IMG/VR virus record: IMGVR_UViG_3300035701_000001
DNA length: 64,000 bases
Source: a virus
Reading direction: 5' to 3' (one strand)
In this document: positions 23,953 through 32,368 of the stretch, piece after piece
How the letters are laid out: each line of letters starts with the position of its first letter
Position numbering within the stretch: position 1 is the stretch's first letter
Translations under genes and position numbers: made by a program
Notes under the pieces: generated by a model
Databases searched by the model: none
What the model saw: only the letters and a program-made list of their open reading frames with translations
What the model was told of the DNA's origin: nothing

Positions 23953-24444
23953 ATGTCGAAGTACCGCTTTGTGAAAGCTCCTCCTGACTACCCCGGCAAG
24001 GTGTACTCCTGGGGGTATCGGGTTCTTGAACATCACCTTGTTTGGTGGCAGAACACCAAGCGCCTCGTTGCAGAAGGTTTTGAGCTTCACCACAAGAACG
24101 AAAATGGGTTGGACAATCGCTTTGAGAACTTGGAGGAAATCAGGGCGCCGGATCATGGCAAGCTGCATCACCCAAAGGAACCGGATGTGGAGACAACCTG
24201 CGCTTACTGCGAAAAGCCTCTCACTAGAAGTGGCCGGGATGTCAAGTCCAAGAGAAAAGCTGGTCAGCAGCGATTCTTCTGCTCATCTTCTCATGCAGCC
24301 CTCATACGACAACGTGAGAAGAAAGGATCGAAGGCCGGTCACGGTACAAGCTCGATGTATAACATTCATGGCTGTCGATGTGAAGTCTGCAAAGTCTACA
24401 ATCAAGCCAAGTATCTCAGGTACAAGGCTAAAAAGGGGCGTTAG
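23953..24444 (+). CDS. HNH homing endonuclease (HNH_3-like)
   Basis: VLEHHLVWW..ELHHKNENGLDNRFENLE; CAYC/FCSSSH and CRCEVC Zn motifs. Confidence 0.85.
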   Translation: MSKYRFVKAPPDYPGKVYSWGYRVLEHHLVWWQNTKRLVAEGFELHHKNENGLDNRFENLEEIRAPDHGKLHHPKEPDVETTCAYCEKPLTRSGRDVKSKRKAGQQRFFCSSSHAALIRQREKKGSKAGHGTSSMYNIHGCRCEVCKVYNQAKYLRYKAKKGR

Positions 24445-24510
24445 TTCAGTTGCGAGAACACTCGGCTTGCACCCGAGAGGTCGCGGGTTGGAACCCCGCA
24501 CGCTCCACCA
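24435..24510 (+). tRNA. trnA: tRNA-Ala(TGC), C19:G56 variant, overlaps HNH stop codon
   Basis: CTCGG-CTTGCAC-CCGAG; D loop AGTTGCGA, T loop TTGGAAC. Confidence 0.85.
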
Positions 24511-24516
24511 TTTCTG

Positions 24517-24590
24517 TGCGGGGAGAGGTGTTGGTTTCCCAACCAGGACTCATACTCCAGGCCACGTCGGTTCGATTCCGGCCCCCGCTA
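24517..24590 (+). tRNA. tRNA-Met(CAT), initiator-like 1:72 mismatch
   Basis: CT-CAT-AC loop; U1-U72 mismatch; lacks the three anticodon-stem GC pairs of canonical fMet. Confidence 0.75.
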
Positions 24591-24599
24591 CCCTTGTTC

Positions 24600-24672
24600 G
24601 CGAGCATCGTCTAGCGGCCAGGACTCCGCCTTTACACGGCGGCTATCGGGGGTTCGAGTCCCTCTGCTCGCA
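24600..24672 (+). tRNA. trnV: tRNA-Val(TAC)
   Basis: CCGCC-TTTACAC-GGCGG. Confidence 0.85.
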
Positions 24673-24682
24673 CTTCTCCCAT

Positions 24683-24755
24683 GCCCCCGTCGTCTAACGG
24701 TCAGGACTCCGGGTTTTCAGCCCGGCTACTGCAGGTTCGAATCCTGTCGGGGGTA
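24683..24755 (+). tRNA. trnE: tRNA-Glu(TTC)
   Basis: CCGGG-TTTTCAG-CCCGG. Confidence 0.85.
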
Positions 24756-24761
24756 CTCCTT

Positions 24762-24836
24762 GCTCGCGTAGCTCAATGGAGGAGCACCGGAGTTCTACCT
24801 CGGTCGATGGAGGTTCGAATCCTCTCGCGAGCGCCA
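24762..24836 (+). tRNA. trnR: tRNA-Arg(TCT)
   Basis: GT-TCT-AC loop; weak anticodon stem. Confidence 0.75.
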
Positions 24837-24841
24837 ATCAC

Positions 24842-24916
24842 GGCCCCGTAGCTCAGTGGAATCAGAGCCTCCCGTTCCTACCGGGAAGGTCACCGGTTCG
24901 AGTCCGGTCGGGGCTG
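24842..24916 (+). tRNA. trnR: tRNA-Arg(CCT)
   Basis: TCCCG-TTCCTAC-CGGGA. Confidence 0.9.
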
Positions 24917-24976
24917 CTTTTCCTCGTCGTGCAAGACCGTCGTATCCAGGGTATTCCTCTGCTGCAGGAAACTGTC

Positions 24977-25558
24977 ATGCACGCCGTCCTTCTTCTCAAC
25001 GTCGACCATACCCCCATGAAGATCGTCCCCTGGCAGAAGGCCATGTGTCTTCTGCTCGCGGACAAGGTCCGGCTCATCGAGAGCTACGGGGACAAGGTCG
25101 TGCATTCCGCCTCGGGCAAGACCTGGCCCTGGCCTGCGGTCGTGGCCCTGAAGACCTATGAGCGGATCAAGAGGGCCGAGTCGAAGGTCAAGTTCAAGCG
25201 CCTCAACGTGCTGGCCCGAGACGGGTTTGCCTGCGCGTACTGCGGGGTCAAGCCCCAGACGTCCGCCGGGCTTCCTGACCTGTCTCGCCTCTCGGTCGAC
25301 CACGTCGTTCCGAAGTCCCGTGCGGTCGATGGCAAGGTGAAGCTGCCCTGGAACGGCCGGGTGGTCCCCATGACGTGCTGGGACAACGTCGTGTCCTCCT
25401 GCAACGCCTGCAACTACGCGAAGGCGGACCGGACCCCTGCCGAGGCGGGGATGAAGCTCCAGGTCGTCCCGAGACGACCCAATCCCTTCGACGTCGTCCG
25501 CATCGTGCTGTCTCGGATGGCCGTGCCTGCCGAGTGGGAACCACATTTGTCTTCTTGA
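24977..25558 (+). CDS. HNH endonuclease (McrA-like)
   Basis: VLARDGFACAYCG, SVDHVVPKSR, WDNVVSSCNACNYAKAD. Confidence 0.9.
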   Translation: MHAVLLLNVDHTPMKIVPWQKAMCLLLADKVRLIESYGDKVVHSASGKTWPWPAVVALKTYERIKRAESKVKFKRLNVLARDGFACAYCGVKPQTSAGLPDLSRLSVDHVVPKSRAVDGKVKLPWNGRVVPMTCWDNVVSSCNACNYAKADRTPAEAGMKLQVVPRRPNPFDVVRIVLSRMAVPAEWEPHLSS

Positions 25559-25562
25559 CCGT

Positions 25563-25591
25563 TTGACACCTGGAGTGTCATAGGGTAAGGT
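25563..25591 (+). promoter_or_regulatory. promoter of cas12f-like gene with operator copy
   Basis: TTGACA-N17-TAAGGT; TGACAC-CTGGA-GTGTCA at 25564-25580. Confidence 0.7.
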
Positions 25592-25621
25592 GGTCGCACA
25601 GGACAGGCCACGGCGGTTTGC

Positions 25622-26953
25622 ATGAAAAAGTCCAAGGTCTCCAAGACCCCCAAGATCATCATTTCCCATCCGGGTTTCCTCACGCGGGCCGTGCGGTTCG
25701 CGGTGAGCTTCCCTGGGATGCGGAAGGCCGATCTCAATGGGGAGAAGGGGCTGTTCTACCAGCTTACCGTCACACAGAGCGATGTGCGTCGAGCCGCCAA
25801 CCGCCTGATTCACCTCATCGCCTTGCTCGACCGTGGGATGATCGAACGGCCGATGAGGGAAGATGGAACAGGCCCCGAGTACGCCCAGACCCTTGGCTAT
25901 CGGGCCCTCAACGGAACCTGGCAGCCCTTCGACAAGCCTCTTTACGATCCGGAAGCCAAGCGGCTCGGCGGTGGATGCCTCTCTGCGCTGTCCGAGTTTG
26001 TCCGCAACCGGTATGCCAACGACAAGAAGGCAGTCCGGAAGGATCGGAATCGTCCGGAGTACAGCACGTTCAAGATCCTCCCCATCCCCATCCGGGCCCA
26101 GGAGACCCACATCCAAGAGGACGAGAAGGAGGGAATCACGATTTCCCTTGGCCTGTGGAGCAGGGATGCGGGGGGAGCCACTCGCCTGAAGGTCAAGCCG
26201 GTCAAACCCAACGCAGGGCAGAAGACCATCCTCCAGCGTCTCCTCGATGGAACCTACTCGTGTGGCGGTGCACAACTCACCCATCATCCCCGCAAGGCGA
26301 AGTGGATGCTGTCCGTCGTCTATACAGGCCTGGTCCAGCAAACACGGGGGGATTGGATTGCCGGGGTACGGCTCGATGCCTCTCCCTACGTCGAGATCGC
26401 CTACACCCCGAAGACTCCTGTTCCCGAAAATACTCCGAACCACGAAGCTCCTCGTCCGGATACGCTGCGTGTCTCGGAAGTCGCCCTGAGGGCGTGGTGC
26501 CAGGTGGAGGAACAGAAGAGGGAACGGCTGCACTTCAACCGGGACGTCTACGGGGCTCGGGAAGGACAAGGCCGGAACGGAAAGCTCAAGCCTGTCTCCG
26601 CAATCCAGGACAAGCATGCGAGGACGGTGAAGACAGCCCTGCAGCAGACCGCGTGTGCCGTCGTGGAGACGGCGAAGAAACGGGGTGCTTCGGTGCTCGC
26701 CCTTGGAGATGTGCAGGGTCTCGCCAGGAAATTCCTCCGCCAGACGGACGAGATGAGCCGCCGCAAGCGTGCCCACCTCCGCCGGATCCGGTTCTTGCAC
26801 CAGCAGCCGTCCGAACTGTACGGCTACATCCAGATGGCCGCAGAGCGGGAAGGCTTGGCCTTCCTCAAGGTCGGTCCTGCCGACTCCGCCCTCCATGCGG
26901 CCTTGCAAGGACGGGAAGCCATTCTGCAAGGAGAAATCCCATCCGTTTCTTGA
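25622..26953 (+). CDS. cas12f: nuclease-dead Cas12f/TnpB-derived type V effector
   Basis: Cas12f-like segments (LDGTYSCGGAQL..KWMLSVVY; GQGRNGKLKP..DK; AAEREGLAFLKVGP) but RuvC-I AGVRLD (D>R), RuvC-II ALGDV (E>G), no Zn finger or RuvC-III; adjacent to CRISPR array. Confidence 0.75.
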   Translation: MKKSKVSKTPKIIISHPGFLTRAVRFAVSFPGMRKADLNGEKGLFYQLTVTQSDVRRAANRLIHLIALLDRGMIERPMREDGTGPEYAQTLGYRALNGTWQPFDKPLYDPEAKRLGGGCLSALSEFVRNRYANDKKAVRKDRNRPEYSTFKILPIPIRAQETHIQEDEKEGITISLGLWSRDAGGATRLKVKPVKPNAGQKTILQRLLDGTYSCGGAQLTHHPRKAKWMLSVVYTGLVQQTRGDWIAGVRLDASPYVEIAYTPKTPVPENTPNHEAPRPDTLRVSEVALRAWCQVEEQKRERLHFNRDVYGAREGQGRNGKLKPVSAIQDKHARTVKTALQQTACAVVETAKKRGASVLALGDVQGLARKFLRQTDEMSRRKRAHLRRIRFLHQQPSELYGYIQMAAEREGLAFLKVGPADSALHAALQGREAILQGEIPSVS

Positions 26954-26974
26954 CTTTGAACGCTCTTTGACATT

Positions 26975-27180
26975 TCTGAGCATCCCCCTGTTGGTTCCCG
27001 CAGCGGCAGGGGTGTGGTGTTGGGCTGACTACGCAGCCAGAAGGGGAGTCCCTTTCTAGGGAAGCCACCCGAGCCCATGGGAAGCTCGGGGCGCGAAGTG
27101 GTCTACAGGGTTGCAAGCCTCGGTTCCCGGTGTCGAAACCGGTCCCCCCGAGGCCCCCCGCAAGGGGCAGGACCCGCTTG
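26975..27180 (+). ncRNA. putative tracrRNA (boundaries approximate)
   Basis: Anti-repeat CTACAG-GGTTG-CAAGCCTCGGTTCC (27103-27127) pairs 14+6 bp with the repeat using G-U wobbles; flanking hairpins. Confidence 0.65.
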
Positions 27181-27397
27181 ATCAACGCTCCTCAATCCTC
27201 TCCTTTTGCGAGTGGTCCGGCTTCGGCTGGATTCCCAGATGCCGCTCGCACGCTCGAAAGTGCAAATAAGGAAGGAACCTACTATTGAAAGATAGAAGAG
27301 TGGATCTCTGCGGGAACCTCTGTGGCTGCGTGGAAAAGGTGGATAACTCGCCATCCGAGTCGGAGAAGGGCTTGGTTTGCGGATCGTGAACGGGTCT

Positions 27398-29461
27398 GTT
27401 GCAGTGGAGGAACTGAGGTTTGATCTGCTGTAGCGCTCCTGGACACATCGACTTGCTGGCCGAGTTTCCAGGTTGCAGTGGAGGAACTGAGGTTTGATCT
27501 GCTGTAGCGCTCCTGGACACATCGACTTGCTGGCCGAGTTTCCAGGTTGCAGTGGAGGAACTGAGGTTTGATCTGCTGTAGCAAAAGACCGAACGTCCGG
27601 TCGAGACCAGCAATCCAAGTTGCAGTGGAAGGACTGAGGTTTGATCTGCTGTAGCATGATACAGCGCACGACCTATGCGCCCTTCGCGTCGTTGCAGTGG
27701 AAGGACTGAGGTTTGATCTGCTGTAGCATGCCCTGTCTGTCGGGAACGGATCCGTTGTACAGGCGTTGCAGTGGAAGGACTGAGGTTTGATCTGCTGTAG
27801 CCTACCAGCGGTCCGCCGGGATCACGGCGTCGGATCTGGTTGCAGTGGAGGAACTGAGGTTTGATCTGCTGTAGCCGCCCAAGTTCCGCTATCTCTCTCA
27901 GCACGTTCCGGGTTGCAGTGGAGGAACTGAGGTTGGATCTGCTGTAGCGCAGAGCTACTCCGTGAGTCCACGTCTCGCCCACTTGTTACAGTAGAGGAAC
28001 TGAGGTTTGATCTGCTGTAGCCGGCTCGTCGCCCTCCGCGACCACCTTCTGCACCATGGGTTGCAGTGGAGGAACTGAGGTTTGATCTGCTATAGCCAGG
28101 CCCGCAGTGTCTCCGGGCGGTGGCTAGAAGGCGGTTGCAGTGGAGGAACTGAGATTTGATCTGCTGTAGCAGCACCGGCCACCTGAGAACAGGTCACACT
28201 TCTCGGAGGTTGCAGTAGAGGAACTGAGGTTTGATCTGTTGTAGTTAGAGCGAGCGCGACAGGATGAGCGCGGACCTTTGAGTCGCAATGGAGGAAATGA
28301 AGTTTGATCTGCTGTGGCCCGCAATCTCGCTCGCTGTCCGAGCAATTTCCGGTGGTTTCAGTGGAGGAACTTAGGTTTGATTTGCTGTAGTTCCACGCGC
28401 GGACGCTACGCTGGGGCTGGCAGGTGAAATCGCAGTGAAGAAACTGAGGTTTGATCTGCTGTAATGACCCGGATACGCCCGCGTCCAATGCCAGTTCTGT
28501 GGTCGCAGTGGAAAAACTGAGGTTTGATCTGCTGTAATGACTTCCGGACGACCTTCTCTTCTGCAGATGATCAGTTGCAATGGAGGAACTTGGGTTTTAT
28601 CCGCTGTAGCAGGTACTCCGCTGCTTCATAGGTTTGATTCGCTGTAGCTTGGCGAGCGGAGGCTTCTTGTCAGGAAGATGAAGGAATCGCAATGGAGAAA
28701 CTTAGGTTTGTTCTACTGTAGTCTCGACCGTCTACCTTATGAGAGACCCTGTCATCGGTTGTAGTAGATGAATTGAGGTTTGATCCTCTGTAGCACTCGA
28801 ACTGACCATGGAAAAGTTGAGGTTTGATCTGCTGTAGCGAGGGTCCTCGATCCAAATCCAAAGGTCCTACCTTGTCACAATGGAAAAATTGAGGTTTGAT
28901 CCTCTGTAGCGGTGGAGCGACGTTGAGAGTTGGTTCCGCGAGCGCTTCGCAATAGAGAAATTGAGGTTTGATCCGTTGTAGCCGCAAGCCCGGTGACCAT
29001 CTGCCTGGTAAAATCGTGATTGCAGTAGAAAAGTTGAGGTTTGTTCCGCTGTAGTGCGGCTGCGGTCAACGGCAGGGGTTCCGTGGACATCGTTGCAGTG
29101 GAAAAGTCGAGGTTCGTTCCATTGTAGCAAGAGAAGCTCGAAGAATGGAAGGAGCATCCCGGTGGTTGCAGTGGAAAAGTCGAGGTTTGATCTGCTGTAG
29201 CAAGCCGTTCACCGGGGAACAGTCCTGGTATGGGGTCGGATATCTGAACCTCGTGATGTCCCATCGAATTGCAGGGGAAGAATTGAGGTTGGATCCACTG
29301 TAACATTGCCTGCCACGTTTCACAGGTAGAGGTCGATTGTCGTTGAGATGGAGGAAGGAAAGTCAGATCTGCTGTAGTGCGGCCCCCGTGCTGCCCCATG
29401 AAGTTCCTTGTGCCTGCCAAAGAGGTCAAGGGGGAAAAACATAGGTTGGATCCGCTGTAAT
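27398..29461 (+). CRISPR. CRISPR array, ~28 repeats, 37-bp consensus GTTGCAGTGGAGGAACTGAGGTTTGATCTGCTGTAGC, spacers mostly 35-37 bp
   Basis: Repeats at 27398, 27472, 27546, 27619, 27691 ... 29342, ~29425; degeneracy increases rightwards; spacers 1 and 2 identical. Confidence 0.97.
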
Positions 29462-29537
29462 GAGCCGATATCCCGGCGTCTGCTGATGTTTGGAGTGGGC
29501 ATGCCCATGCATGACCTGTATTTGACGAGGAGAAACC

Positions 29538-30356
29538 ATGGCTCATGTGACCTGGGTGGTTGAGACAGGCATTGAGCCTGCCTATGAAAAGGTTCTCCTG
29601 AAGTCTATTCAGAAAACCGGTTCGAAAGCCTTCGTTCGCAAGGTGCTACCGTTCGGGGAGGGGATGCTCGATCCTCCGGATCTTTCGGGGCATGTCGTGT
29701 TCCATGGAAGCCTCCAGGGGGCCCAGTGGGTCCGGGAACATACCGACTGGAAGCCCGGTGCCATCGAAAACACCTCGCAGTTGGAGTGTCGCTACTACTA
29801 CCCCCGGCTTGGACCCAGGCTTCTCAATCGGGAACACACTTTCCTCCCCTTCGGCTGCCTGGAGGAACGCAAGGACGACCTGTTCCGGTGGCTGGGGGAG
29901 GCGGACTGCATCTTCCTTCGCCCGGACTCCAACCGGAAGCCGTTCTCGGGGCAGATCATCCGGAAAGAGCAGTGGAATGAGGATATTGGCCTTGCTTCCT
30001 TTTACGGCGTAGATCCCGAGGTGATGGTGGTCGTGGCCCGACCTCAGGTGGTTCGGGCCGAATGGCGGTTCTTCGTGTGCCGGGGGCAGGTAGTCACGGG
30101 CTCCTGCTACCGTCGGGGGGACCAGCGGGTTCGGAAGCGTGCCGACGAGAAGAGGATGGACGTGGCGAGGAACATGCTCGCGTTTGCCCTGAGCCAGGGG
30201 TATGACCCCGACCCCGTGTGGGTACTGGACATCTGCGAGGACGGAGCAGGGGAGTACCGCATCTTGGAGGTGGGCGGTTTCTCCAGTGCCGGGCTCTATG
30301 CCTGCAACACCCACCTCCTGGTGCAGGCGGTCGAGGTCGCAGTCACGCAGCCTTGA
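29538..30356 (+). CDS. ATP-grasp domain protein (R2K clade / DUF4343-like)
   Basis: IFLRPDSNRKPFSGQI, EWRFFVCRGQVVTGSCY, WVLDIC..YRILEVGGFSSAGLYAC. Confidence 0.85.
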   Translation: MAHVTWVVETGIEPAYEKVLLKSIQKTGSKAFVRKVLPFGEGMLDPPDLSGHVVFHGSLQGAQWVREHTDWKPGAIENTSQLECRYYYPRLGPRLLNREHTFLPFGCLEERKDDLFRWLGEADCIFLRPDSNRKPFSGQIIRKEQWNEDIGLASFYGVDPEVMVVVARPQVVRAEWRFFVCRGQVVTGSCYRRGDQRVRKRADEKRMDVARNMLAFALSQGYDPDPVWVLDICEDGAGEYRILEVGGFSSAGLYACNTHLLVQAVEVAVTQP

Positions 30357-30921
30357 ACGTCTCCGTGTAGAGGTCCAGCAGTTCCCGGTTCGCCAGGGAC
30401 GCCATCATCCGAGACTCGGGGATCTCATCCTCGGGGTACTGATCGACATACCACCTGTCCCATGTTCGGTAGAACTTCCCACCAAATCCGAGCCAACCGC
30501 AGAAGCGGTACTCGTTCCCGTTCTTCTCCTGCGTGAGCCAGTCAACGAAGGACGCCCGGTCATGGGTGGGCTCCTTTCCCAGGCAGTTGCGGACGATGAT
30601 GTCGTACACCTTGTTCGCAACCTCGGGGGTGACGGTGAGAACCCTGTGGGTGTTGCGGGGCATGGCCACCCACTTTGCACAGGTTTCCTGGTTGATGGCT
30701 GCCACCAGCGGGTCGAGGCTGTACGCCAGGTAGGCATCCACTGCCCTCTTTCGGGTCTTGAACGGACCGAGTTTTTTCTGGGTGGTGAGCAGGATGAACC
30801 ACCCCTCTTCCTCCTTGTCGATCCAGCAGAGGTTTCGGAAGTTTGTGTCCACAGGTCCTTTGTAGAGGGCAGCGTAGGTTCCCTTTTCGATTTTCTTGAA
30901 CTTGTACGTTCCAAGGATCAT
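30343..30921 (-). CDS. hypothetical phage protein
   Basis: 192 aa; EYRFCGWLGFGGKFY..YVDQYPEDE motif. Confidence 0.7.
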   Translation of the reverse strand: MILGTYKFKKIEKGTYAALYKGPVDTNFRNLCWIDKEEEGWFILLTTQKKLGPFKTRKRAVDAYLAYSLDPLVAAINQETCAKWVAMPRNTHRVLTVTPEVANKVYDIIVRNCLGKEPTHDRASFVDWLTQEKNGNEYRFCGWLGFGGKFYRTWDRWYVDQYPEDEIPESRMMASLANRELLDLYTETFKAA

Positions 30922-30926
30922 GTCTG

Positions 30927-32368
30927 CCTGGTTTCGGAAAGTTGATGAAACTTCCCAGGCGTCCTTTCATTCGCCATTGGCATCCGACCGCTTTGCAGCA
31001 GTTGGATGACGGGATTGACCAGTTGTAGATCCCGATTCACCCCCAGGAATCTCGCCTGAGTTATCCCCTGTGCCAGCAGGATTGCTGGAGCCAGAGACAG
31101 GGCTGTGAGCCCGGCTATTCTTCGGACGAAGGAACGAGTCCTTCATCCACGACCACGCCTTCGGCTTGAGTGCATGGTTACGGGATCTTGCTTCCAGCTT
31201 CACCCGTGACCCACCCCGGCCTTGGAGCGTGTCCGTAAACGTCTGTCTCTCCTTGATTTCCATTCCACGACGAGCGATCACGAGGGCCGCCGCTGTGTGA
31301 CGATTCAAGGAGTACATACCGGCGTACTTGAGGAGACCGAGAACCGACGTGAACGCCGGATTGACTTCGATGGCCTCGACGCCCTCACTTGCTGCCCTGG
31401 ACTTGATGGCGTCCAGTATCCTCCTGTGGAGGAAGTTGTGCTTCATCCTCTGGAACTTCGCCCCACGCTGCTTCCCGCCCCAGAACCGCAACTCCTCCAA
31501 GACAAGGGGCTTGCGAACCTTCACCGCATAGTCCACCACCTGGATAGCAAGCTGCCGAACGTCGTAGGTCCGCTTGCCCTCACAGGCGAACTGAATGCGC
31601 TGCTCTTTCTCGTACCGATGGTCCAGGAGATTCCCGTCGGAGTTGACCTCAACCAGGGCCACTCCATCAGGATTGCAGTCCACCCCGATTGTCCCGTTGG
31701 AAGGGGAGGTCGTGATGACATGTGGAGCCAATTCGTCCCAGGATATCGAGACCTTGAACTTGTCCTCTCCCACCCACTTCAGGCGAACATCGTAGCAGGA
31801 CCAGTTCGGCTTGAATTTTGCGGGCATCCAAAACTTGCCCTCGATCCACAGCCCCCGTGCAGCCGGGTCATTGATGAGAATCTTGTCCTTCACGACACGG
31901 ATGTTGGGATTGCCCTTCTTGGTCTTGTCCCCTCGGCTGTAAAGAAGGGAGTTCCGACGCTGCTGCCAGTCTTCTTTGGCTAGCTCCCCAGACTGGAAGT
32001 TCTTCCACGCCTTCTTTCCCCCGAAGATCACGGAGGGCTTGTCCCTCATCTGAGCGGCGATGCCACAGGCGTCGGAGACGTATCGCTGGTTCAGATCAGC
32101 CATGTAGCGCGTCTTGACGTGCTTCTTCACCTCATTGGTGACGTGGCCAGTCCTCCGCATGAACTGGTAAGCCGACCGGACTGCACTGGACTGGACCAGC
32201 ATCAACTTGGCCACCCGATCCCTGTCGGATTGGGAGGAAAAGTAGGCAGTTCCATGAGCCACACGTCGCATGGAGAGAAGATAGAGGATTCTATTCCTCC
32301 CGTCAAGGCCGCTCCATACAATGAGGCTTCATCAAGTTTCATCAACTTTTTGGGTAGCTGCTGCTACC
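30927..32368 (-). mobile_element. non-autonomous tnpB-only element with IS607-like ends
   Basis: 16-bp inverted repeat AAAGTTGATGAAACTT (30938-30953 / 32334-32349); right end TTCCGAAACCAGG resembles TTCCGAGCAACGG of the IS607 copy. Confidence 0.65.
30967..32271 (-). CDS. tnpB: TnpB-related protein (Zn-finger-less subfamily)
   Basis: IGVDCN, LVLEEL, VNPAFTS, NRHTAAALVIARRG. Confidence 0.85.
   Translation of the reverse strand: MRRVAHGTAYFSSQSDRDRVAKLMLVQSSAVRSAYQFMRRTGHVTNEVKKHVKTRYMADLNQRYVSDACGIAAQMRDKPSVIFGGKKAWKNFQSGELAKEDWQQRRNSLLYSRGDKTKKGNPNIRVVKDKILINDPAARGLWIEGKFWMPAKFKPNWSCYDVRLKWVGEDKFKVSISWDELAPHVITTSPSNGTIGVDCNPDGVALVEVNSDGNLLDHRYEKEQRIQFACEGKRTYDVRQLAIQVVDYAVKVRKPLVLEELRFWGGKQRGAKFQRMKHNFLHRRILDAIKSRAASEGVEAIEVNPAFTSVLGLLKYAGMYSLNRHTAAALVIARRGMEIKERQTFTDTLQGRGGSRVKLEARSRNHALKPKAWSWMKDSFLRPKNSRAHSPVSGSSNPAGTGDNSGEIPGGESGSTTGQSRHPTAAKRSDANGE

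Noticed and set aside
27435-29424. Self-targeting spacers within the window, or spacers biased to start codons
   Set aside because: No match found by eye; two spacers begin with ATG and one contains an antisense ATG, which is within chance without a search
27103-29546. ORFs with repeated YSRSNLSSSTAT / LQQIKPQFLHCN
   Set aside because: Translations of CRISPR repeats
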